Part shown: positions 29,867 to 38,448 of the stretch, piece after piece
Numbering within the stretch: position 1 is the first letter of the stretch
Layout of the letters: every line of letters starts with the position of its first letter
Origin: Bacillota bacterium
GTDB lineage: Bacteria; Bacillota; Sulfobacillia; JAJZYS01; JAJYTV01
Reading direction: 5' to 3'
Assembly (NCBI GenBank): GCA_021793645.1
Contig: JAJYSJ010000003.1
Coordinates: forward strand, 44,993-108,992
DNA: 64,000 nt
Made by a program: the position numbers and the translations under genes
Notes under the pieces: generated by a model
Seen by the model: only the letters and a program-made list of their open reading frames with translations
Database searches by the model: none
What the model was told of the DNA's origin: nothing

Positions 29867-30686
29867 GTGGGATACTACGCGGATCAGGAGTGGTGTCTTT
29901 CTCTTCGTGACCTTCGCAACCCACTCAGTGAACCCACCAAGGGCTTGACGCGCACTGTGGCTTTGGACCCAAGCGTGCTGTCCTCCTTCGTCAAGGGGCG
30001 CCAAAAAGCAATGAGCACCCCGGTCAGTGAAGATTCTGCGCCAGGATCTCATGGAACAGAAAAAGATGTGGGGCAACTCCGCAACTCGACCCGGCATGGT
30101 ACGGCTGTTGGTACACGGACGAGATGTGGCTATGAGTGACCCGCAAACGCGTTCCAGTATTTTGAACCAGAACCTGAGCGAGCAACGCCTTATGTGGGCG
30201 GATTCCGCCACCAGCCGCAAGATGACCATATTCGCCGTGGACGGGCGTAAGGCCGCGATCAAGAATCCCGTGACAGCCAAACCGATACTGCAGCAGAATT
30301 TGAACGAACAGCGGGTTGCATTGGCTTCCCCGGACGTCGCGACTGGAATGTCGGACGTCTCAATAAGGTTGACGCAGCATGCGCTGACCAACCCCGAGCA
30401 GGCCAAGACCTTGCGCCATACCACGATGTCCGTTATGGAGGGAATCTCCAAGGACCCGAAGGAACGGCGGCGCATACTGGCACTTATGTCGCTTAATATG
30501 GAGGATCCCAGCATGAAGGCAAAGCTACTCTCCATGATGAAGTCGATGATGGCGAGCAGTTCCTCGGGCGCGTCGGGAGGGTCGGGCGGCAGTGCCGCCT
30601 CCAAACCCAGGCGCTCACCACTCGTCCAGCTCCGGTTCCACTTCAGGCCAGACAGGCCGGTAGAGCCTGAAGCGGGTGGGATTTAG
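29867..30686 (+). pseudogene. Helical 42-aa repeat protein, GerD-like, probably frameshifted near 30025
   Basis: Repeats IL(R/N/Q)Q(D/N)L.EQ...G(R)..A...P; the repeat register continues upstream in another frame (VKGRQKAMSTP); Met-rich end EDPSMKAKLLSMMKSMM. GerD resemblance is from memory only. Confidence 0.4.
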
Positions 30687-31405
30687 TCGGCGACCTCCGA
30701 TCCATCCAGGGGTGGGTCGATCCCCTCCACAAGTTGCAAAAGTTTCGGCAAGGTGGCCTCGGCTACCATTTCGCCTTCTGCGACACAACGCTGGATCTGC
30801 CGGAGGTCCAGCAGGCTGCATCCACCAACTGCAGGCTGGATGAGAAGGTCCGCCTGTACCCGTACGTCCGCCTCGAGCTTGTCCATCATCACGCTAAAGC
30901 TTCGACGGATTGTCCCGACCAGGCTCCGTGTACTCTTCGTCGGCTCTGCCACGAAACGAGATGCCGACGCGCGCACGAGATCGGTCGCGGTGATGAGGAC
31001 GCGTAGAGGCAGGTCCTCGAGCGAGCCTCAACGGGTGACGACACGCAAGAAACGGAGGAAGCGCCGCGGAATGCCGACTGACGCGCCAGCCGATGATCTC
31101 CTGCCAGCGAATAGAACGGCTTGGCGTTCGATATCTCCAAGGTCGTCGCCGAGCACACAGAGAGCCGCGACCAGCGCACCTACGCTCGATCCCGCGACGA
31201 TGTCGAACTCGACGCCATGACGCCTGAGGACCTAGAGTACCCCAAGGTGCGCAGCGCACCGCACGCCGCCACCACTCAGCGCGAGCCCGAACACGCTTCG
31301 CATCACCTGACCGGTTTGCTATGCCATCCAGCCTAAATCATGCTCTTCCTTCACTGAGGTCGTACTTGCCCTTCAGGCAGATGCCGGGAGCGTGCGGTCG
31401 GACCC

Positions 31406-31620
31406 GCTAACACCAGCCCCTTCCCCATGTCCGGCGGTAGAACGGCCGCAGGGCGTCCACCTCGAGGTTCATGGTCGCAGGCTTTGCGTTCGTCGCACGC
31501 AGCCGCCGCCACTCGGCGAGGTCGATCGGGGTGACGGAGGTCCAGCCGTCGTTGGTCCATGGCCTTAAGGGCACGGGTGATCGCACAGGTTAAATCGCCT
31601 CGCACTCCAGAGGTGGAGGG
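31406..31620 (-). pseudogene. Tyrosine-integrase N-terminal relic, copy B
   Basis: Encodes WTSVTPIDLAEWRRLRATNAKPATMNLEVDALRPFYR; 31434-31547 is collinear with 28502-28615. Confidence 0.6.
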
Positions 31621-31688
31621 CCCGGTCTTGTGCAGTCTGCAGGAGGCGGAGGGGCCGTTCTCGTACAATCAGGTGGAGGTGGCAACGA

Positions 31689-33032
31689 CTGCGCGCAGGC
31701 CTTTATATACGGGTATCGACTGAAGAGCAGGCGCGGGAGGGGTTCTCCGTCGCCGCGCAGCGCGAACGCTTGGAGGCTTATGCGCTCTCGCAGGGATGGC
31801 AGGTCGCCAACGTCTACGCGGACGAGGGTATGTCGGGCAAGAATCTCGAGCGCGAGGCCGTACAGCGTCTAATCGGCGATGTCCACGCCGCCCTCCTAGA
31901 TGTGGTGCTCGTGTGGCGTTTGGACCGCCTCTCACGGCGCCAGCGCGACGTCCTGCACCTGATCGAGGATGTCTTCACTCCGCGTGGCGTGGGCTTTCGC
32001 AGCGCGACAGAGAGCTTTGATACGACAAGCCCCGCCGGCATGGCCATGGTTGGCATGTTGGCCGTGTTCGCGCAGCTTGAACGGGCCACGATCATTGAGC
32101 GTAGCACGATGGGCTATCGCCAGCGCCTCTCGCAAGGCAAATGGGCCGGGGCGGCGCCTTACGGCTATCGCTACGGCCAGGGTGGCGTCCTGGAGCCAGA
32201 CGCCGACACAGTAGGATGGGTGCGCCTCATCTATCGGCAGGCGATCGACGGGGCATCACTGGATCGCATCGTGGCATGGCTCACCGCGGAAGGAGCACCG
32301 CCTCCCTTTGGCCGACGCTACTGGCATCCGAGCACGGTGAACATCATCCTTCATAATCGTGCTTACCTCGGTGAGCGCCGCACTCGAGATGGCTGGATGA
32401 AGTCCGGGCATACGGCACTCCTGGATGAGCAGACGTGGCTCGACGCTCAGGACGCCATCGAGGGCAGGCGCAAGGGGCCCGGTCGGCCACGGCGCGGTGA
32501 AGTGTCACCCTACCTCTTGACCGGCGTTCTCTTTTGCGGCGAGTGCGGAAGCAGGATGGTTGGCCACAAGAGCTCGAATGGTTTGCGGTACTACATCTGT
32601 GATCGGATCAAGCGCAGGGGACATCGCTGCGGTCCTGGCTATGTGCGTGTCGAGCGACTTGACGAGGCGGTAGCGGCGGCGTTCATTCGGGCGGTACACT
32701 CCCAGGACACGCCCGCGCCGCGCCGGCGCCGCGACGAGTTCGCGGCCATCGACGCCAAGATCGCTCGCTTAGTCGCCGCCATCGAAGACGGCACGTTGCC
32801 ACACGATGTCGTGCGCGACCGCCTCGATCAGCTTCAGCGGCAGAGGGCGCAGGCTCTGCGTGAGCGGGCACCCTCTGCTACCACGGCGGAGCAGCGACGC
32901 ACAATGGCTGCTGGTCTGCCGAGGGTCTGGGCGGCGGCGACGCATGAGGAGCGACGGGAGATCCTTCAGGCGCTAATCGAGCGCATCGACGTTGACGCCA
33001 GCGGAAATCCGCTTTTGAGGCTGCATGGGTGA
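31689..33032 (+). CDS. Large serine recombinase (SpoIVCA/CisA-like), 447 aa if it starts at CTG 31689
   Basis: Frame is open upstream of the track ORF: LRAGLYIRVSTEEQAREGFS (catalytic Ser 31716-31718); D-RLSR, APYGY recombinase domain, zinc ribbon LFCGECG...YYIC...HRC. GGAGGT RBS 8 nt before the CTG. Confidence 0.93.
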   Translation: MRAGLYIRVSTEEQAREGFSVAAQRERLEAYALSQGWQVANVYADEGMSGKNLEREAVQRLIGDVHAALLDVVLVWRLDRLSRRQRDVLHLIEDVFTPRGVGFRSATESFDTTSPAGMAMVGMLAVFAQLERATIIERSTMGYRQRLSQGKWAGAAPYGYRYGQGGVLEPDADTVGWVRLIYRQAIDGASLDRIVAWLTAEGAPPPFGRRYWHPSTVNIILHNRAYLGERRTRDGWMKSGHTALLDEQTWLDAQDAIEGRRKGPGRPRRGEVSPYLLTGVLFCGECGSRMVGHKSSNGLRYYICDRIKRRGHRCGPGYVRVERLDEAVAAAFIRAVHSQDTPAPRRRRDEFAAIDAKIARLVAAIEDGTLPHDVVRDRLDQLQRQRAQALRERAPSATTAEQRRTMAAGLPRVWAAATHEERREILQALIERIDVDASGNPLLRLHG

Positions 33033-33075
33033 ATCACCCCAAAGAGCATTTACCCTCCGTAAAGTGCAATACCAG
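33032..33075. repeat. Right attachment junction of the element
   Basis: Element arm AATCACCCCAAAGAGCATTTACC + C + TC + host arm CGTAAAGTGCAATACCAG. Confidence 0.85.
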
Positions 33076-33894
33076 CACCTGCCTTCCCATCGTCTTCGCC
33101 GCGCGCGCAAGTTCGAGCGCAACCCGGTAGGCCGAAGACACCTTTGTGCCACCGGACTCGACGCGGCGGAAAAACTCCTCCTCCTCCACGCGCCGCGCCT
33201 CGGTGTGGTGAACGACATAGGCGATTTCGATCGGCCCGTACGTGCCGCGCACAAAGTCGACAAGCCAATGGAAGAAGCTGCGGCAGAGCAGCTTCTTTTC
33301 GTCGCCCATACTGCCAGAGACGTCGCGCAGGGCGACGATCAGGCAATCTGGAGCCGGGTTCTGGTCCGGAGCGCTCGTGTGAAAGCGCAGGTCCTCCTCG
33401 CGCAGCCGCACGGGAGAACTGCTCAGCCGCGCACGGCGAATCGCTGCCAGCATGCTCTGACGGCGGTGCAGGTTCGGCCACGGCCCAATGCGGCGCAGCC
33501 GTTCGACATCGGCTGGCCTGCTGCCGAAAAGCGGCGCCCCCGCCAGCTCCGGGAGCCGCCAACGGCGGTGCAGTTCCTCGGAAACTCGCTCGTGCAGCCA
33601 CTCGAGTTCCTCTTCGCCCGGCTGGTCGCCAGCACGTCCTTCCGCGTGGTCGCCGGTGGCCGCTCCATCCGGACGATGCACTACCTCGACCTGAACCTCG
33701 TCCTGCGCAAAGCGCAGCCTGCGCTCGCGCAGCACGGGATAGGAGAGGCGGAGGCCGCGTTCGCCTCCGCCGATCAGCGCTTCCTCTACGACGAGTTCCT
33801 TGAGGTGGTTGGCTAGCGCCTCACGCAGCAACTCCTGATGACGAGCTCTGTCCCGCTCCGCGCTGCGCTCAATGTCGAGGCCCCATGGATCCAC
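33056..33894 (-). CDS. yhbH: YhbH/YeaH (DUF444) N-terminal segment (279 codons), interrupted
   Basis: DRARHQELLREAL...LVVEEALI, EDLRF, RDVSGSMGDEKK, IAYVVHHTEARRVEEEEFFRRVESGGTKVSSAY, VLHFT. As integrated it ends EGKCSLG* inside the att arm. Confidence 0.9.
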
Positions 33895-33931
33895 GCCGTA
33901 GCGCCTCCCCGCAATGGAAGAGTCTGCTGCC

Positions 33932-33959
33932 AGCCTATGCTCGGCGAGGCGCCAAGGTC
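33932..33959 (-). promoter_or_regulatory. Candidate mother-cell (sigma-K/E-type) promoter of yhbH-spoVR
   Basis: Minus strand gACC-N16-CATAGGCT, about 25 nt upstream of the GGAGG RBS. Confidence 0.35.
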
Positions 33960-34800
33960 ACCCGTTGGCATCCGGCAGGCGCACCGCATCGTCGAGGCGC
34001 GTGCGCCCGAAGTACCCTCCCGCCATCAGGAGATCCCCGGGTGACGCGCGACGCCGCTCCGATAGGGTGGCGGGGTCCACGAGGTGGACGTACTGGAGGC
34101 GAAATCCGGGGATACGCGTGAGCGCCGCCGACGTGCGGCCCAAAAGGCGCGTCGCCTCCACCTCGCCGTGCCGGGAGAAGAGTTCTTGAGCTTCCTGCAG
34201 CGCACCATAGATGAGGGAAGCACTGCGGCGCTCCTCGGGCCGCAGGCGTTCATTCAAGGAGCGTAGCGCAAGGCCATCCGCTTCGCGTTTGGTCGGGGTC
34301 GTCTCGACCACAGTCCCGATTGCCAGATCGGTCAGCGCAATGCGCAACGCGGCAGCCTTGTACCAGTCCTGCTCGCCGTAGTAGACTGCCTGCGCTCGCG
34401 CGAGTCCAATCAAGCGCACCACGGCCGTCAGTTGTGCGCGCAGCACCTCGGGGCCTGTGACGCCATGCAGGGCATTCTCCAGCTGCGGCATGCGCACTTC
34501 GGTGCAGAAACCCGGTGGATAGACGTCCTGATCCCGGGCCAGCCAAAGGACGTCAACGCCCACCTGTTCCGCGAACTCAACGTCGTGGCGGCTGTCGCGG
34601 GGATAGAGGGCGTAGTCCTCGCCTGGCCCAAACTGCCGTTGATTCAGGAAGACGCACAAGACTGCGAGGCGGCCTTGATCCTGCACGGAATGCACGAGCG
34701 CGCCGTGCCCCTCGTGGAGGTATCCTCGCGTGATGATCAAGCCTACCTGCCTCGGCTGATCCGAGATGGCCGCATGCAGTTCCTCGAGCGTTGTCGCCAC
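33958..34800 (-). CDS. Pantoate--beta-alanine ligase (PanC) homologue with divergent motifs
   Basis: HEGH, NQRQFGPGEDYALYPRD, READGLA recognisable; several active-site motifs altered. Confidence 0.75.
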   Translation of the reverse strand: MATTLEELHAAISDQPRQVGLIITRGYLHEGHGALVHSVQDQGRLAVLCVFLNQRQFGPGEDYALYPRDSRHDVEFAEQVGVDVLWLARDQDVYPPGFCTEVRMPQLENALHGVTGPEVLRAQLTAVVRLIGLARAQAVYYGEQDWYKAAALRIALTDLAIGTVVETTPTKREADGLALRSLNERLRPEERRSASLIYGALQEAQELFSRHGEVEATRLLGRTSAALTRIPGFRLQYVHLVDPATLSERRRASPGDLLMAGGYFGRTRLDDAVRLPDANG

Positions 34801-34846
34801 ACGCGTAAACGCTCACCTCTGTCGAAGAAGGTTTCTCCTTGTCTCA

Positions 34847-36436
34847 TTACAACGTTGCAGGCAGGCTTTCCTGCGTTCCAGTGGGCCGCACCCGGGTAGC
34901 GATCTCGTCGAGGCGCCGATCGATCTCGGAACGTTCGCGGGTGAGGAACAATTCGAGAAGCTGCGCCTCGAGGGGGCGCTCCCGCTCTAGGTGCCGGATG
35001 ATCACGTCAAGGTCGCCGATCACGCGCCGAAACATGTCGATCTTTTCGTGCAGGAGGCGAAGCACGTGCTCCTCCACAGTGTCGCGCGCACAAAGATTGA
35101 GGATGCGCACTTCGCGGGTCTGGCCCAGCCGATGCGCGCGACCGATGCGCTGCTCGACCCGCATCGGGTTCCAGGGAAGGTCGTAGTTGACGACGACGGA
35201 TGCCGTCTGCAGGTTGAGACCCTGACCGCCTGTTTCTGTCGCGACGAGGACGCCGCCCTGCTTCGCGAAGCGCTGCAGCTCCATCTGCCTGTGCTGCCGA
35301 TTCTGACCGCCGTAAAGGTAATGCACCTCCAGCCCGGCACGGGACAACTTGCGCCCAAGGTACGCTTGGGTGGCGCGGTATTCCGTAAAGACGAGCGCAG
35401 GCTCCTTGAGGCCGCACAGTAGCGAGGTTGCCGCTTCCGCCTTCTGGTTGCTGTCAATCGCCTCGGCCCGCCGCAAGAGGCTCGGTGCAGCGTCGCCGAA
35501 CCATGAGGTTCCCATGCGCCGCAGTGTCTCGGCGAGGGCGAAGCTCGAGGAGCAGAGCTCCCGCTGGATCAGGATGAGCGGCAAGATGGTGTCCTGGCTT
35601 GCGCGGCGCGACCTGTAGGCCGCGATCAATGCGTCGGTCGCTGCCTCGTAGAGCGCGCGCTCCTGTGGGCTCAGCTCCACGAGCAGCAGTTCCACCTTGC
35701 GGGGCGGCAGGACGATGCGGGCCTCATGCCGCGTGCGCCGCACCATCACCGAAGAGAGCTCCTGACGCAGTTCATCCACGTTGCGCGGGCGCCGCGGGGC
35801 AAGGAGAAAGCGCCGGTAGAACTGCATGTAGCTCCCGAAGATGCCCGGTTTGACGATCGAAACGAGATTGTACAGCTCTGCAAGCTCGTTTTGGATGGGT
35901 GTTGCCGTGATCAGGATTACATACTTGCGCGGCAGGCCCGCAACGAAACTGAAGTTCTGGCTGCGTCGTGATTTCAGGTGGTGGGCCTCGTCCACAATGA
36001 CGAGATCCCAGTTCACCCCTTGGTAGAGCCGGCGCTGCGGGTCGCGCTTCGCCCAGTCAAGCGACGCGAGGACGATACCTTGCCGTGGCGGCAGATGCGG
36101 TTGAGTCAGCGCGCGGCGAGCAAACTTCTGCCACAGCTCCTGCTGCCACTGAATCAGCAGCGCGGCCGGGCAGAGAATCAGGGCGCGCGCCACCTGCCCG
36201 CGCGCCATGAGTTCCTCGAGTACGAGTCCGGCTTCGATCGTCTTGCCGAGACCGACCTCGTCGGCCAAAAGCGCGGAGCCGTCCAGGCGTCCGACAATCT
36301 CCTGGGCGGCCTCGATCTGGTGCGGATAGCGTACGACGTGGCTTCGCCGCCAGATCGGCTCGAGTCGGGACCAAGCCATCAGCTCTGTCGTAGGCGCCTC
36401 AGTATCCGCGTTCACTGCCCGTGCCGCTCGAGTCAC
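34847..36436 (-). CDS. SNF2-family helicase/ATPase (YqhH-like)
   Basis: LLADEVGLGKTIEAG, VIVDEAH, TATPIQN, GGQGLNLQ, YDLPWNPMRVEQRIGRAHRLGQ. Confidence 0.9.
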   Translation of the reverse strand: MTRAARAVNADTEAPTTELMAWSRLEPIWRRSHVVRYPHQIEAAQEIVGRLDGSALLADEVGLGKTIEAGLVLEELMARGQVARALILCPAALLIQWQQELWQKFARRALTQPHLPPRQGIVLASLDWAKRDPQRRLYQGVNWDLVIVDEAHHLKSRRSQNFSFVAGLPRKYVILITATPIQNELAELYNLVSIVKPGIFGSYMQFYRRFLLAPRRPRNVDELRQELSSVMVRRTRHEARIVLPPRKVELLLVELSPQERALYEAATDALIAAYRSRRASQDTILPLILIQRELCSSSFALAETLRRMGTSWFGDAAPSLLRRAEAIDSNQKAEAATSLLCGLKEPALVFTEYRATQAYLGRKLSRAGLEVHYLYGGQNRQHRQMELQRFAKQGGVLVATETGGQGLNLQTASVVVNYDLPWNPMRVEQRIGRAHRLGQTREVRILNLCARDTVEEHVLRLLHEKIDMFRRVIGDLDVIIRHLERERPLEAQLLELFLTRERSEIDRRLDEIATRVRPTGTQESLPATL

Positions 36437-36848
36437 TGGTCACCGCCGCGCGCTCGCCGCGGGGTCGAAACCATGTACCGATCTGGTCGAGCAGTTGGGG
36501 AGCCTCGTCGAGCACGCGGTCAAGCACTGCGTTCTGGTCGATCGGCAAAAGCCGCACTTCGCTCTGGTGCAAGACAAGGAAGCCGACCGGTTGGACCGAA
36601 ACCCCTGCTCCGGAACCTCCTCCGAACGGCAGCGACTCTTCGTGCACGCCATCGGAATCGCGCTTTTGCATTGCTGCGCCGTACTCGCCGCCGCCAGCCG
36701 CAAATCCGAAGCTGACGCGCGAAACCGGGATGATCACGCCACCGCTCTGTGTTTCCACCGCCTCGCCGATCACGGTGTTGACGTCGATCATATCCTTGAT
36801 GCTTTCCATCGCGGTCTTCATGAGTCCCTGAATCGGGTGCTCAGACAT
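36399..36848 (-). CDS. ytfJ: GerW/YtfJ family sporulation protein
   Basis: MSEHPIQGLMKTAMESIKDMIDVNTVIGE...IPVSRVSFGFAAGG...FGGGSGAGVSVQPVGFL. Confidence 0.93.
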   Translation of the reverse strand: MSEHPIQGLMKTAMESIKDMIDVNTVIGEAVETQSGGVIIPVSRVSFGFAAGGGEYGAAMQKRDSDGVHEESLPFGGGSGAGVSVQPVGFLVLHQSEVRLLPIDQNAVLDRVLDEAPQLLDQIGTWFRPRGERAAVTSDSSGTGSERGY

Positions 36849-37462
36849 CCCCAAACCGCCTCCTCGACTTAGGGATGCTCACGTTGTTCTATGCCTACAC
36901 CTGAGGGCATCTGGTGAGCTTGGCAGCTGATGGTGGCGCCGTTCATAACGTGCTCAAATTGGGCTTCTGGCCAGCTGGTAGTGGCACGCAAGTTCTGGTG
37001 CACGCCCGGAGTCTCTAGCTCGTCTCAGTGCCTCCTGCGCCGCTCCATCTTAGCAACTGCCATCTCAAGATGTATCTAATGCAAAAAGTACGCCGACGTG
37101 CGAAGCCGCCGCTCCACAGGGATCTCCCATCTGCCGATCTGCGACGCATAGCCGTATGCCTGACCTCAAGCGAGTCGTGCAAATCAAGTAGCCGCCGATC
37201 TGCTAGCGGGTCAATCCCAGGAGCTGGTCTATGAGCATCCTGTCTCGCCTCCGTCTGTTGGAGTTCCCTATCCGTTTCTGGCATCCACCGCAGGGATGTG
37301 ACGAGCGCATCGCTGATCCAAGACCGCGCTGCGAGGACGGCGTAAGCAAGGAAAAGCCCGGCCCGGCCGACCCTGGGGAAGCCCTTAGGGCGCAGGGTTC
37401 GGAACGGGCCGGCGCTACGTGGCTTTGGGCGGCAGGAAGCGGCGTGGTAGTGATTGGTATGG

Positions 37463-37689
37463 CTAGTCGTCGAGGAGCAAGAGGAATTCTTCGACGGACA
37501 GTTCGGCAGCCCGGACAAGTTTTCGAAGTAGCCCACGATCGAGTGTTCGGTGATCCGGAACTGACAAGTTGACCGGCACGCCAGTCTTGATAAGGATGAT
37601 GTGGCTGCTTTCGCGCCGTGCGATCAGCCACCCGCCTTTTGGAGTGCTCGGACCGCCTCACGACCCGAGATAACGGGAAGAGGTGGCAT
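37463..37689 (-). pseudogene. hicA: HicA-family toxin with a 1-nt frameshift
   Basis: 227 nt; adding one G in the run at 37631-37633 gives MPPLPVISGREAVRALQKAGWLIARRESSHIILIK...LSVPDHRTLDRGLLRKLVRAAELSVEEFLLLLDD*. Confidence 0.8.
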
Positions 37690-37892
37690 CAGAGTGCCAC
37701 CTCGACCAACTTTCCGCCAGAAGGTTGCCCGCGCTTATCGGTTTCAACCCTAAGCCAGGACCGTATCGCATCCTTGATGTTCGTCAGAGCTTCCTCTTCA
37801 GTTCGCCCTTGCGACAGGCAGCCGGGTAGAGCGGGGCATTCTGCGATGACCCATCCGTCCTCACCGGCCTCCAGGATAACGGGGATCTCCAT
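37689..37892 (-). CDS. hicB: HicB-family antitoxin (short UPF0150 type)
   Basis: EDGWVIAECPALPGCLSQGRTEEEALTNIKDAI; ATG 37892; TGATG overlap with hicA. Confidence 0.88.
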   Translation of the reverse strand: MEIPVILEAGEDGWVIAECPALPGCLSQGRTEEEALTNIKDAIRSWLRVETDKRGQPSGGKLVEVAL

Positions 37893-37968
37893 CGCCCTCA
37901 CCTCGGTTTGGTTATACCTTGGCAACGCTCGAACGCGCGGCCCCTTACCGGTGTCTACAAGGTAGGAG

Positions 37969-38448
37969 GTGAGCAGCACGACGGTCGACCAGTTCGTAGA
38001 GCGCTACGGGCCGGACGTCTACCGCGCAGCACGCCTCTACACAGGTGATGCCGCACTAGCCGAGGACGTGGCGCAGGAGGTCTTGATCGCGGCCGTACAG
38101 ACGTTGCACCAGATGCGGGAACCATCCCGATGGCTGGCGAGAGTCACCCATAACAAGGCTCTGAACGCATTGCGCGCTCAGGGACGCCGGCGCGAGGTGC
38201 CGCTGAATGTGGAGCACGACGCACCAGTCGACGACCCGGCTGACCGCTACGAAGAGAGTGATGTTGTCCAAGCCGTGCAGCAACTGCCGCTGCCCTTGCG
38301 CGAGGCTGTTGTCCTACGCTACTTCGAAGGCTGGACGCCACAGCAGATCGGACTCCTGCTCCGTCTTCCGACCGGGACGGTGCGAAGCCGCCTGCACCGT
38401 GCTCGAAACACTCTGCGGTCGATACTTACGGGAGGTGACAAGGAGTGA
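37969..38448 (+). CDS. ECF RNA polymerase sigma factor
   Basis: AEDVAQE region 2, WLARV; region 4 REAVVLRYFEG...GTVRSRLHRAR. Confidence 0.9.
   Translation: MSSTTVDQFVERYGPDVYRAARLYTGDAALAEDVAQEVLIAAVQTLHQMREPSRWLARVTHNKALNALRAQGRRREVPLNVEHDAPVDDPADRYEESDVVQAVQQLPLPLREAVVLRYFEGWTPQQIGLLLRLPTGTVRSRLHRARNTLRSILTGGDKE

Larger units (their letters stand above)
18904..33057. mobile_element. 14,152-bp serine-recombinase element inserted in yhbH (skin-like intervening element)
   Basis: TC core at 18904-18905 and 33056-33057; inverted arms 18907-18929 and 33032-33054 (21/23 identical); intact recombinase abutting the right end; in-frame gene restoration on excision. Confidence 0.9.

Noticed and set aside
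31085-31336. Toprim/topoisomerase-VI-A-like phage protein remnant (IERLG...VELDAM.PEDL)
   Set aside because: Only short fragments across frames; too weak to annotate without an HMM search.
31662-31669. CGTACAAT as the -10 box of the recombinase promoter
   Set aside because: No matching -35, and it is too close to the RBS.
18900-33054. Alternative crossover within the shared ACC trinucleotide (gives HFTEGDN)
   Set aside because: It is also in frame, but it is off-centre in the inverted repeat and gives Glu instead of the conserved Asp; TC fits both criteria.
18906-33055. Calling the element an intact prophage or ICE
   Set aside because: No capsid, terminase, tail, lysis or conjugation genes; replication and integrase genes are only relics.
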